Assembly (NCBI GenBank): GCA_031268855.1
Contig: JAIRWS010000040.1
Location: 1 to 39,052 of the forward strand
From: Candidatus Margulisiibacteriota bacterium
GTDB taxonomy: Bacteria > Margulisbacteria > Termititenacia > Termititenacales > Termititenacaceae
Reading direction: 5' to 3'
Length of the DNA stretch: 39,052 nt
The notes beneath the pieces are model-generated. The model made no database searches. It saw only the letters and a list, made by a program, of their open reading frames with translations, and was not told the origin of the DNA. The translations under genes and the position numbers were made by a program. Every line of letters starts with the position of its first letter. Position 1 is the first letter of the stretch. Shown piece after piece: positions 18,005 through 26,760 of the stretch.

Positions 18005-18328
18005 CTAAAGCCGTTTTAGTATTTTTTCCGCAGTGCGATCCAGCTGACGCTGGATATCGTCTTTTAAAATTTTATATAGAGCGCCCTTGTTGATGTTTTT
18101 TTTCAGCGGCTTTTTGGTATTGCGAAAAAGCAAGTCTGGAGTGAGCTGTAAAGCCTGCGCCATTTTTTCGATCATTTCCACCGAGGGAAATCTTTTGCCC
18201 AGCTCTATCTCGCTGATGTAGTTGGTGGCTGTGTTGCAGATGTCAGCCAGCTTGGTCTGGGTCAAGCCGGATCCCTTGCGGGCATTGCGTAAATTGCGGA
18301 TAAATATTTCACGTAAAGTCATTAGCAA
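18005..18328 (-). CDS. XRE-family helix-turn-helix transcriptional regulator (module 1)
   Basis: HTH_3-like GLTQTKLADICNTATNYISEIELGKRFPSVEMIEKMAQAL. The track start is TTG at 18328; the ATG at 18322 is the more likely start. Divergent from the tail-fibre-like gene. Confidence 0.8.
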   Translation of the reverse strand: MLMTLREIFIRNLRNARKGSGLTQTKLADICNTATNYISEIELGKRFPSVEMIEKMAQALQLTPDLLFRNTKKPLKKNINKGALYKILKDDIQRQLDRTAEKILKRL

Positions 18329-18350
18329 ATGCTAATGTCTGAGGCCATGC

Positions 18351-18411
18351 TTGACAAATGTCTAACTGATAGTATACTAAATATGTCTTTTAGATAGAGT
18401 CATCTAAAAGC
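18351..18411 (+). promoter_or_regulatory. Promoter (TTGACA-16 nt-TATACT) plus a 10-bp inverted repeat at the start of the 5' UTR of the module-1 fibre-like gene
   Basis: -35 at 18351..18356 and -10 at 18373..18378. The -10 lies within the palindrome AGTATACT, so a -10-like hexamer also exists on the minus strand. Inverted repeat gtcttttagat-agagtc-atctaaaagc at 18386..18411. Confidence 0.5.
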
Positions 18412-18447
18412 TGATTATTGTTACCGCAAGAAAAGGGGGTATTTTTT

Positions 18448-19452
18448 ATGGTAAACGCAAGCAATTACACGGACACGACAGACACGGATTTCAAAGCGGG
18501 GAGTTATAATATCGATACGGGCAAACCTCTTTCGTCCACAGGCGTGAGAGCGGCTTTGCACACCAAAGAAAAAATCGCCAACAAGCAGGTCTCTTCAGCG
18601 GACGCCACGGCGGATACTTTGACCGCTAATTCCAGTGATAGCTATTATCCAACAGCCAAGCTGGCCGGGAAAAATCTCGACGCGCTGAGGAACGGCAAGC
18701 AGGATAAGCTCGCCGCCGGCATAGCCAAAAATATCGTGGCTTATTCCGGGACGGCGGGAACACCTGGCACGCTAACCAGAACCACGACTATAGACACCGC
18801 GGCGAACGCCAGCGACGACAGGATACCCACGGAAAAAGCGGTGGCTACCGCTTTGTCTGGAAACGAAAACACGAGCAATAAAGCTACGTCAATTACTGCT
18901 GCCAACAAAAACGATGTGGTCAAGTATCCAACGATCGGGGCGGTGACAGCCTGGGCGACCACTACGTTAATGGATTTACTTTTGCCTATAGGGACGATAA
19001 TAGCTATGGAAACTATGGCTTATTACAACAACGCCGACGCTACATTCAAAAGCAAATGGAAAGTCTGCGACGGCAGCAGCAGCAACGCGCCGAATCTGAA
19101 ACATAGATTCTTGCGCGGTTTCGAGTCCGGCGACAGTACGACCGGCGGCGCGAACAGCGTGGAGGTGGATGTACCCTTAAAAAAGCATAGCCATACCTTT
19201 ACTGGCGCAACGGCAAGTGGTTCTCTTAATCTATATCACTATGGCGACGGCTTAGACAGAACAATTTTTACCAATAGCGGGGATAGTAGTACTTCACTGC
19301 CCAATAATAATGGAGAAACTACCGGAGAAGGAATTAATTTTTCCCTTACCCCTTCCGGCACGATCAGCAGTGAAGGCGCGGATAGTTCAACCATTACCGT
19401 AAGTACGTTGCCAAGTTATTACACTGTAATTTATATTATGAAAATAGCTTGA
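18448..19452 (+). CDS. Orphan phage tail-fibre-like protein with C-terminal tail-collar (MdpB-like) domain
   Basis: The ATG at 18448 has AAGGGGG 8 nt upstream; the track start at 18418 is an upstream TTG. The N-terminal half has 3-4 degenerate fibre-type repeats (YYPTAKLAGKNL, RIPTEKAVATAL, KYPTIGAVTAW). Collar-like core: IGTIIAM...WKVCDGSS...NLKHRFLRG...GGANSVEV...KKHSHTF. C-terminal strand LPSYYTVIYIMKIA. No signal peptide is evident. Confidence 0.7.
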   Translation: MVNASNYTDTTDTDFKAGSYNIDTGKPLSSTGVRAALHTKEKIANKQVSSADATADTLTANSSDSYYPTAKLAGKNLDALRNGKQDKLAAGIAKNIVAYSGTAGTPGTLTRTTTIDTAANASDDRIPTEKAVATALSGNENTSNKATSITAANKNDVVKYPTIGAVTAWATTTLMDLLLPIGTIIAMETMAYYNNADATFKSKWKVCDGSSSNAPNLKHRFLRGFESGDSTTGGANSVEVDVPLKKHSHTFTGATASGSLNLYHYGDGLDRTIFTNSGDSSTSLPNNNGETTGEGINFSLTPSGTISSEGADSSTITVSTLPSYYTVIYIMKIA

Positions 19453-19458
19453 TATACT

Positions 19459-19496
19459 GATGAAGTGTCGGTCGCTGACTGCACCTCATCTTCTTT
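19459..19496. terminator. Putative hairpin terminator between the convergent fibre-like gene and ymdB
   Basis: gatgaagtg-14 nt-cacctcatc (9-bp stem, 1 mismatch) followed by ttcttt. Confidence 0.35.
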
Positions 19497-20277
19497 AATC
19501 CGCCTGCCTAACCACGCGCTCTATTTTTGTGCATTTACCGCGTGTGTCAATCTCCAGATACACCGCGTTAAAAACCGCCGCGCCGATTTCGACCACTTCA
19601 AATTTGGTTTTAAGACCGGAGAGAAATCTTTTTTGCGCGGCCTCGACGCTCATGCCGAGATTGGATTTTCGCGCGCCGACCATGCCGGCGTCCGTAATAT
19701 AACCAGCGCCGTTTTCCAGTATCTGTTCATCCGCGGTCTGCACATGCGTGTGCGTGCCAAGTACAGCGGAGACGCGGCCGTCGAGATAAAATCCCAGCGC
19801 TTTTTTTTCCGACGTCGCCTCGGCATGCATGTCCACGATCACCGCGTCGGTTTTTATCCGGCGCAGTAAATTATCCAGCGTTTGGAATGGACAATCCAGC
19901 GGCGTCTCAATAAATGTGCGCCCCAGAACATTGGTCACCAGTACCTGCATACCCTCGATGTCCAGCAGGACATAACCCGCGCCGTACTCGCAGCGCGGAT
20001 AATTGAGCGGACGCGCCAGCAGCGGCATCTGCGCAATGTCCTTAAAAATTTCTTTCTTGTCCCAGATATGATTGCCGCCGGTCAACGCTTGAATGCCCAG
20101 TTTGTCCGTCAGCTCTTGATACACTGGCAGGGTCAGGCCAAAACCGCCGGCGGCGTTTTCAGCGTTGGCGATGATCAGATTGGGTGCGTATTGCGCGCGC
20201 AGCTCCGGCAGGACTTTGGCCGCGGCTTTGCGCCCCGCTGAGCCGATGATATCGCCGATAAAAAGAACTTTAAGCAT
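19495..20277 (-). CDS. ymdB: YmdB-family metallophosphoesterase (2',3'-cyclic-nucleotide phosphodiesterase, TIGR00282-like)
   Basis: 260 aa. N-terminal MLKVLFIGDIIGSAGRKA and NAENAAGGFG. Lies 3 nt downstream of rny, as in Bacillus. Confidence 0.85.
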   Translation of the reverse strand: MLKVLFIGDIIGSAGRKAAAKVLPELRAQYAPNLIIANAENAAGGFGLTLPVYQELTDKLGIQALTGGNHIWDKKEIFKDIAQMPLLARPLNYPRCEYGAGYVLLDIEGMQVLVTNVLGRTFIETPLDCPFQTLDNLLRRIKTDAVIVDMHAEATSEKKALGFYLDGRVSAVLGTHTHVQTADEQILENGAGYITDAGMVGARKSNLGMSVEAAQKRFLSGLKTKFEVVEIGAAVFNAVYLEIDTRGKCTKIERVVRQAD

Positions 20278-20280
20278 TGC

Positions 20281-21819
20281 TTATTTCGCAATATCCTGCA
20301 CCCGGGTCTCGCGGATGACCGAAACTTTGATCTGTCCCGGATATTCCAGCTCGGCTTCGATCTTGCGGGCAATGTCGCGCGCGGTCTTGAGCGCGGCGGC
20401 GTCATCGACCACATCGGGCTTGACCATGACACGAATCTCGCGGCCGGCCTGAATAGCAAAACTTTTTTCCACGCCATTGAAAGCGTTGGCGATCTGCTCC
20501 AGTTTTTCCATGCGCTTAATGTAGGACTCGACCGCCTCGCGGCGCGCGCCCGGCCGGGCCGCGGAGATAGCGTCAGACACCATGACAATGATCGCCTCAA
20601 CGGTATTGGGCTGTATTTCCTCGTGATGCGCCAGCACCGCGTGGATCACTTCGTCGGATTCGCCGAGTTTTTTCAAAACCGCGCCGCCGAGTTTGGCGTG
20701 CGTGCCTTCATTCTCAAAATCGATGGCTTTGCCGATGTCGTGCAGCAGGCCGGCACGCAAAGCCAGCCGGTGATTGACGCCCAGCTCCTGCGCGATCAGG
20801 CCGGAGATCCGCGCGACCTCGATCGAATGCTGCAAACAATTTTGGCCGTAACTGGTGCGGTAAGCCAGGCGGCCGATCAAATCGTAGGCCTTGGGTGAAA
20901 GATTTTGCACGTCGAGCTCCAGCGCGGTTTTTTCGCCGATCTCCTGTACTTTTTTGCCCAAATCTTTGCGCATTTTCTCGACGGTTTCCTCGATGCGCGC
21001 CGGATGAATACGGCCGTCGGAGACCAGTCTTTCCAGAGTCAGCCTCGCAATTTCGCGGCGGATCGGGTCAAAGCCGGACAACACGACAACTTCCGGCGTG
21101 TCATCGACCACAACGTCAATGCCGGTCAACTGCTCAAACGTGCGGATATTGCGTCCCTCGCGGCCGATGATGCGGCCTTTCATGTCGTCGCTGGGCAGCT
21201 CGACTATCGAAGTGGTATTCTCCACAATATTGTCGATCGCGCAGCGCTTGATCGCCAGCGCGACAATGTCCCGCGCTTTTTTCTCGCTCGTGCGTTTGGT
21301 CTCCTCTTCGTAATCATTAATCATTTTCGCGGACTGGCTTTTTAATTCCTGCTCGAGGCTGTCCATTAATTGTTTTTTGGCTTCTTCTTTGGACAGGGAA
21401 GCGATTTTTTCCAGACGATCCGCGCTTTCACGGTAGAGAGCATCCAGCTTTTGCTGTTTGGTTTCCAGGTTAGTCCTGGACTCGGTAATTTCTTTGTCCT
21501 TGTTCAGCAGCGTTAATTCTTTTTCGTCGATGCGGACTTCTTTCTGCGTCAAACGCTGTTCGATCTGATTCAACTCATGCCGGCGTTCCCTGATCTCGTG
21601 CTCAAAATTATTGCGCAATTTGAGCAGCTCGTCTTTGTTTTTGATCTCCGCGCTTTTGACAATATTTTCCGCCTGCAGTTTCGCCTCGGTCAGTACTTTT
21701 TTGACCTCGAGATCGGCATTTTTCAATTCCGAATCCGAAAGATATTTGGTATACAGCAAAACTATTACGCCGCCTAAAACCAATCCACCCAAACCTAATA
21801 ATAATCCATACGCTATCAT
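20281..21819 (-). CDS. rny: Ribonuclease Y
   Basis: 512 aa. N-terminal TM helix, long coiled-coil, KH domain (GRIIGREGRNIR), HD domain (LLHDIGK). Confidence 0.92.
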   Translation of the reverse strand: MIAYGLLLGLGGLVLGGVIVLLYTKYLSDSELKNADLEVKKVLTEAKLQAENIVKSAEIKNKDELLKLRNNFEHEIRERRHELNQIEQRLTQKEVRIDEKELTLLNKDKEITESRTNLETKQQKLDALYRESADRLEKIASLSKEEAKKQLMDSLEQELKSQSAKMINDYEEETKRTSEKKARDIVALAIKRCAIDNIVENTTSIVELPSDDMKGRIIGREGRNIRTFEQLTGIDVVVDDTPEVVVLSGFDPIRREIARLTLERLVSDGRIHPARIEETVEKMRKDLGKKVQEIGEKTALELDVQNLSPKAYDLIGRLAYRTSYGQNCLQHSIEVARISGLIAQELGVNHRLALRAGLLHDIGKAIDFENEGTHAKLGGAVLKKLGESDEVIHAVLAHHEEIQPNTVEAIIVMVSDAISAARPGARREAVESYIKRMEKLEQIANAFNGVEKSFAIQAGREIRVMVKPDVVDDAAALKTARDIARKIEAELEYPGQIKVSVIRETRVQDIAK

Positions 21820-21853
21820 GCCCTCTACCTCCTAATTTTCTATTGACCTGTTT

Positions 21854-22975
21854 TTACTTTTCCGCTTTGGCCAATTCTTTTTCCGCCGCTTTTTCGTCTG
21901 CTGAGTCGTCGTCCTTCGGCGTATCGTCCTTCGGCGTGTCGTCAAATGTGTCCGGCTTGATCGCCACGCGGACTTTATCCTCCAGCTCCTGGAACACGGC
22001 TGGATTTTCACGCAAAAACTTGCGCGCATTGTCACGCCCCTGCCAGCGCGACTCGCCGTAAATAATCCACGAGCCGGATTTTTCCAGCACGCCCAGTTTC
22101 ACGCCCAGATCGAGAACATCGCCCTCGCGCGAAATGCCGCTGCCGAACAAAATGTCGAACTCCGCGGTCTTGAAAGGCGGCGCGACTTTGTTCTTGACGA
22201 CTTTAACTTTCACGCGGTTGCCCAGGAAATTCTCGCCGTCCTTGAGTATCTCTGAACGCCGCACATCTAGCCGCACCGAAGAATAAAATTTCAGCGCGCG
22301 GCCGCCCGGCGTCGTCTCTGGACTGCCAAACATCACGCCGATTTTTTCACGCAGCTGATTGACGAAAACCACCACGCAGCTGGATTTATTGACGATAGCC
22401 GTTAATTTGCGCAGAGCCTGCGACATGAGCCGCGCCTGCAGACCCATGAATTGATCGCCCATTTCGCCCTCGATCTCGCTTTTCGGCACCAGCGCGGCCA
22501 CCGAGTCCACCACAATAATATCCACCGCGCCGCTGCGCACCAGCGTCTCGCAAATATCCAGCGCCTGTTCGCCATAGTCCGGCTGGGAGATCAGGAGATT
22601 GTCCACATCCACACCCAAATTTTTGGCGTACACCGGATCCATCGCGTTTTCCGCGTCGATGTAAGCCGCCACGCCGCCGCGTTTTTGCGCCTCGGCAACG
22701 ATATGCAGACAGACCGTCGTCTTGCCGGAACTCTCCGGCCCAAAAACCTCCATGATACGGCCTTTGGGCACGCCGCCGATACCCAGCGCATAGTCCAGCG
22801 ATATCGAACCAGTCGGTATCGCATCGAGCAGCATTTTGGTCGCCTCGCCCATTTTCATGATCGCGCCTTTGCCGTGATTTTTTTCGATCTGCCCCAGCGC
22901 AATTTTGAGGGCTTTTAATTTATCACTGCCCACTTCCTGTTTCACTTCCGGTTTTTCTTCTTTTTTCTCTCGCAT
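21854..22975 (-). CDS. recA: Recombinase RecA (with charged N- and C-terminal extensions)
   Basis: 373 aa. Walker [10 protein letters not shown], plus [20 protein letters not shown] and the L1/L2 regions. The acidic tail contains [13 protein letters not shown]. Confidence 0.95.
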   Translation of the reverse strand: MREKKEEKPEVKQEVGSDKLKALKIALGQIEKNHGKGAIMKMGEATKMLLDAIPTGSISLDYALGIGGVPKGRIMEVFGPESSGKTTVCLHIVAEAQKRGGVAAYIDAENAMDPVYAKNLGVDVDNLLISQPDYGEQALDICETLVRSGAVDIIVVDSVAALVPKSEIEGEMGDQFMGLQARLMSQALRKLTAIVNKSSCVVVFVNQLREKIGVMFGSPETTPGGRALKFYSSVRLDVRRSEILKDGENFLGNRVKVKVVKNKVAPPFKTAEFDILFGSGISREGDVLDLGVKLGVLEKSGSWIIYGESRWQGRDNARKFLRENPAVFQELEDKVRVAIKPDTFDDTPKDDTPKDDDSADEKAAEKELAKAEK

Positions 22976-23016
22976 AAATCCTCCTAAAATTTTATTTATC
23001 CTTAGCAGAACAAAAT

Positions 23017-23544
23017 TTAATTTTCTTTATCTTTTAGATATAACCAAAGCATACCCAGAGCGGCCTGCGCGGCTTTTTTTTGGATCTCCTCGCGCCCGCC
23101 GTCAAAAGCAAATTCCTTAACTATCTCCCGCTCTTTGTCGACCAGCCCGATAAAAATCGTGCCGACCGGACGGCCAGCATGCGCCCGGGGACCGGCTGCC
23201 CCCGTGATACCCAGACCCACCTGCGCAAAGAGCCGTTTGGTTATCCCCCGCGCCAAACCCAGCGCCGTCTGCTCGGACACCAGACCATGTTTAGCAATGA
23301 TCTTGGGGTCAATGCCGGTCTGGATCACTTTGGCGCGCGGCGTGTAGCATACCGCGCCCCCGACAAAATATTCCGAGCTACCCGCCTGCGAGGTCAGCAT
23401 CCGGCTGACCAGTCCGCCCGTGCAGGACTCCGCCACCGCCAGCAAAATTTTCCGCTGCCGCAGAGTTTCGCAGACGCGCCGCTCAAGATTGGCGTCAAAC
23501 TCCAGGCCGGCGCGGTCCATAAACTGCTGAAACTGCTCGACCAT
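23017..23544 (-). CDS. cinA: CinA-family nicotinamide-nucleotide amidohydrolase (PncC domain only)
   Basis: 175 aa. [33 protein letters not shown]. Confidence 0.85.
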   Translation of the reverse strand: MVEQFQQFMDRAGLEFDANLERRVCETLRQRKILLAVAESCTGGLVSRMLTSQAGSSEYFVGGAVCYTPRAKVIQTGIDPKIIAKHGLVSEQTALGLARGITKRLFAQVGLGITGAAGPRAHAGRPVGTIFIGLVDKEREIVKEFAFDGGREEIQKKAAQAALGMLWLYLKDKEN

Positions 23545-23547
23545 AAC

Positions 23548-24054
23548 CTATCTCAAATAACTCCGGTTGTCCCGAAAATATTTTATCCCCGAAACAACCG
23601 CCAAAATAAACGCCGCATAATAAATTTCCTGCGCCAGCGGCCAATCCGCCAGCAGTAAAAACAAAGCGACTAACTGCGCCGCGGTTTTCCATTTGGCCAA
23701 TCTGCTCGCCGCGATCACCGCGCCGCCTTTTTCCAGCACAGCGCAGCGCAGACCCATAACGGCAAATTCACGGACGATCAGCGCCAGCACCGAAAAAACT
23801 TCCACGCGCAGCTGCACGGCCAGCGTGACCAGCACAGACAAAACCAAAATTTTGTCAGCCAGCGGATCGAGAAATTTGCCCAGCTCCGTGCCCTGACTGT
23901 ATTTCCGCGCGATAAATCCGTCCAGCCAATCGGTCGCCGCGGCCAGCGCAAAAACCAACGCCGGGATCCAGGCCGGCACGCGCGCATACATCAGCAATAT
24001 TACGACAGGAACAAACAGGACACGCAGCAGAGTTAACGCCAGCGCGTAATTCAA
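23548..24054 (-). CDS. pgsA: CDP-diacylglycerol--glycerol-3-phosphate 3-phosphatidyltransferase
   Basis: 168 aa. CDP-alcohol phosphatidyltransferase motif DWLDGFIARK...GKFLDPLADK. The TTG start overlaps the rimO stop (TTGA). Confidence 0.88.
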   Translation of the reverse strand: MNYALALTLLRVLFVPVVILLMYARVPAWIPALVFALAAATDWLDGFIARKYSQGTELGKFLDPLADKILVLSVLVTLAVQLRVEVFSVLALIVREFAVMGLRCAVLEKGGAVIAASRLAKWKTAAQLVALFLLLADWPLAQEIYYAAFILAVVSGIKYFRDNRSYLR

Positions 24055-25340
24055 GTCAGCAGTTTCGCTTTCAGAATATAGCCTTCCGCGCCAACGATCT
24101 TAGCGTCAGCAAACTGACCTGGAACACAGCGGGACGTGAGATTCACACCGCCGTCAATATCCGGCGCTTCGCACTGTGTGCGGCCAAAAAAAGGCATATC
24201 CATTAAAATTTTCACTTGCTTACCCAGCATCTTTTTATTCTTCCTATCTGTTACTCTGCTTTGCGCATCCGTTAATTCGGCCACGCGGTTTTCTTTCACC
24301 GTCCGCGGCAGCTGTCCTGTCAGAGCCGCCGCTTTCGTGCCTTTTTCCCGGCTATAGGCCAGAACGCCTACTTTACTAAACTCATACTCCTCAACAAAAT
24401 TTTTTAATCTGGCAAAATCGGCCTCGTCTTCCCCCGGATACCCGACAATAAAATTAGTGCGAATGGCAATGTCAGGAATAAACTCCCGGAGCAGCTTGAT
24501 CTTTTGTTTGATCAATTTCTCCGAACTATCCCGCCCCATGCGCGTCAAAATTTTGTCCGCGATATGCTGCAGAGGCATATCGAGATAATGGCAGACCTTG
24601 CTGCTTTCCGCCATTACCTGTAATATTTCCGGCGTAACCCGTTCGGGATACGCGTACATGACCCGTATCCATTCCAGCCCCGCGATTTTCTCCAGAGACC
24701 GCAACAAATCCGCCAGACGATATTCGCCGCAAAGATCTATACCATAAGAGGTAGTATCCTGCGCCACCAGAGAAATTTCGCGCACTCCTCTGGCAACTAA
24801 ACATTCAGCTTCTTTGATAATATCATTTTTTTGCTTCGAGCGGTAGCCCCCTCGCAGGCGCGGTATCGTGCAAAAAGCGCAGGCATTGTCGCAGCCGTCA
24901 GCGATCTTGAGATAGGCGCTGTGCGGCAAAGTCGCGGGGAAGCGGAACTCCTGTCTGGTCAAAATTTTCGGCAGGGACGCCAAAAACTGGCCGTCTTTCT
25001 CGACAGCCTCAACGATATTTTGCGCCGAACCGACGCTGACTATAGCGTCGATCTCTGGATATTTTTTGAGCAGTTTGGCTTTTTCGCGCTGCACCAGACA
25101 GCCAGCCGCAATGATTTTGCCAAAGTAGCCCTGTTTTTTGAGCGCGATCAATTTCTCTATCTCCGCCTGGGCTTCCCGCACGGCGGAATCAATGAACGCG
25201 CAGGTATTGATGAGGGCAATATCCGCTGGCGGCTCGCCGGTCACGATACGGTACCCGCGCGCCCGCAATGCGCCCAGCATCTCCTCGGTATCGGTGAGAT
25301 TTTTCGGACAGCCAAGACTGATGGGGAAGACGGAGGGCAT
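24051..25340 (-). CDS. rimO: Ribosomal protein S12 methylthiotransferase RimO (radical SAM MTTase)
   Basis: 429 aa. N-terminal ISLGCPKNLTDTE, radical-SAM cluster CDNACAFCTIP, C-terminal TRAM-like region. Confidence 0.85.
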   Translation of the reverse strand: MPSVFPISLGCPKNLTDTEEMLGALRARGYRIVTGEPPADIALINTCAFIDSAVREAQAEIEKLIALKKQGYFGKIIAAGCLVQREKAKLLKKYPEIDAIVSVGSAQNIVEAVEKDGQFLASLPKILTRQEFRFPATLPHSAYLKIADGCDNACAFCTIPRLRGGYRSKQKNDIIKEAECLVARGVREISLVAQDTTSYGIDLCGEYRLADLLRSLEKIAGLEWIRVMYAYPERVTPEILQVMAESSKVCHYLDMPLQHIADKILTRMGRDSSEKLIKQKIKLLREFIPDIAIRTNFIVGYPGEDEADFARLKNFVEEYEFSKVGVLAYSREKGTKAAALTGQLPRTVKENRVAELTDAQSRVTDRKNKKMLGKQVKILMDMPFFGRTQCEAPDIDGGVNLTSRCVPGQFADAKIVGAEGYILKAKLLT

Positions 25341-25729
25341 TACAGTAATTCTTTTTTTATGCTTCTTTCTAGCTCTCTGGCAAACTCCAAAAAATCACCA
25401 GCCTGTTGAACGGACGGTATACCATCAGGCAATATTCCAAGTTCGCCGGGGTAGCGTTCTTCAATATAGGTTTTATTTATGAGAGCTAGTAAATCTTCAT
25501 TAATTTTCAAATCTTTTATCTCTTTAATCATGCCATACAACAAAATCAAATCATGAGTTTTGATTATCGGTTTATCTTTCTCCAGTAAATAGGCCTTAAA
25601 GTATTTTTCTATTGCCTGCTGACAATGAAACGCTACAATATTTGTCAGGGACTGGCCTTTGTTTGTTTCTATGGCAGCTGCTATGTCTTTTTCCGCGTAT
25701 AGAATCCAGGCTTCAACAAACTTTTTCAT
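25340..25729 (-). CDS. HEPN-domain protein (toxin partner of MNT), copy 1
   Basis: Likely start is MKKFVEAW at 25729; the track ORF extends to 25753. HEPN-like FHCQQAIEKYFKAYL...KTHDL...EERYPG. Overlaps the upstream NTase gene by 17 nt. Its TAA stop shares one nt with the rimO ATG (TAATG). Confidence 0.75.
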   Translation of the reverse strand: MKKFVEAWILYAEKDIAAAIETNKGQSLTNIVAFHCQQAIEKYFKAYLLEKDKPIIKTHDLILLYGMIKEIKDLKINEDLLALINKTYIEERYPGELGILPDGIPSVQQAGDFLEFARELERSIKKELL

Positions 25730-26054
25730 ACAACACCTTTCCCGTGTTTTCAATTTCTTTAAGAAAAAAACTGCCGTTATTTTTTAGCACAGCCAATTCT
25801 CCTCTGGAATAAACTAAAAGGTCTAAAGCTTTTTCATAATTTATTTTTCGCACCAATTTATGCACTGCCAAAAATCTTTGCGCTCTTTCTCCATAAGTCC
25901 GCGCGACATTATTATCATCAAGCACGACCATTAAATCCACATCGCTGTCCGGCCCGGGATTGCCTCTGGCATAGGAGCCAAATAAGACGATCTTGTAGGG
26001 ATCAGAGGCTTTGAGCTGGCGCACTAGATCATTGATAATAGTCTGGGTTTTCAT
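25713..26054 (-). CDS. Minimal nucleotidyltransferase (MNT antitoxin-type), copy 1
   Basis: 113 aa. Pol-beta-type NTase motif LFGSYARGNPGPDSDVDLMVVL. Confidence 0.8.
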   Translation of the reverse strand: MKTQTIINDLVRQLKASDPYKIVLFGSYARGNPGPDSDVDLMVVLDDNNVARTYGERAQRFLAVHKLVRKINYEKALDLLVYSRGELAVLKNNGSFFLKEIENTGKVLYEKVC

Positions 26055-26112
26055 AATTTATATTATACACTAAATGTAACGGCTCGCTGTTCAATAACCG
26101 CTTTAAAAGCAA

Positions 26113-26138
26113 ACGCGCGGCAAAAAACCGCGCGTTTT
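26113..26138. terminator. GC-rich hairpin flanked by A/T tracts (bidirectional rho-independent terminator candidate)
   Basis: acgcgcgg-caaaaaa-ccgcgcgt followed by tttt on the plus strand and by ttgctttt on the minus strand. Lies just downstream of the minus-strand orphan gene. Confidence 0.5.
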
Positions 26139-26178
26139 AAAAAACTCTGCTAAAAAGCAGATCTAATCTGTGATAATT

Positions 26179-26616
26179 TTATCTCGTCGCCATATAATAA
26201 CCTACTAATAACCTACTCCCTGGGCATGTCGGACAATTGACACCGGGATTATGCGCAGCGCGCTTTAAACTCTCACCCAAACGAGAAACACTCCTTGATT
26301 CGGCTGGAGTGTTTGCGCCGTTACTCTGGAGAACAAGAGTCCTGCGCCCAACGGTGATCGGCGCCCATGCCGCTGCAGGATGCGGCGGAGCAACAACTCC
26401 AACGACAAAACGCAAATAAGCGTCCGCCTCTTCCGCGGAAACTCCGGAAAATTTTGCTTCGGCTATTTCAGAAACATTTTTGGCCGCGGCTAATTTTTCC
26501 TCGTCGGTGTCGATAAGCCCATTATTGCTCTTTTGTCCCTCGATAGCATCCGCCTGTCTTAGAATTGGCTGATACTGCGGCCTGGCGCTCAAAATGTCTA
26601 ATGATAAACTACTCAT
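26179..26616 (-). CDS. Hypothetical protein (no recognisable family)
   Basis: Start taken at MSSLSLDIL (ATG 26616), which has AAGGAG 8 nt upstream; the track start at 26661 is unlikely. 145 aa. C-terminal NCPTCPGS. Terminator hairpin downstream. Confidence 0.45.
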   Translation of the reverse strand: MSSLSLDILSARPQYQPILRQADAIEGQKSNNGLIDTDEEKLAAAKNVSEIAEAKFSGVSAEEADAYLRFVVGVVAPPHPAAAWAPITVGRRTLVLQSNGANTPAESRSVSRLGESLKRAAHNPGVNCPTCPGSRLLVGYYMATR

Positions 26617-26743
26617 AACTTTTACTCCTTTTATTTTTTTATTTTTTGAATACAGGCACAAATTTACCGGAAAGAAGTTTTATCCATAGGCATCACCTCT
26701 GGCTGCAAATATCAAGAAAAATTCTATTCGCTCAGCTGGCAGT

Positions 26744-26760
26744 GGGGGGGGGGGGGGGGG
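26744..26760. repeat. Homopolymeric poly-G tract, 17 nt
   Basis: Counted directly: 7 G at 26744..26750 and 10 G at 26751..26760, immediately followed by TATAAA. Lies in the divergent intergenic region between the two orphan genes. Confidence 0.95.

Noticed and set aside
22976-23016. Looked for a LexA/Cheo SOS box upstream of recA.
   Set aside because: The only GAAC-containing stretch (agaacaaaattta) lacks the GTTC half-site.
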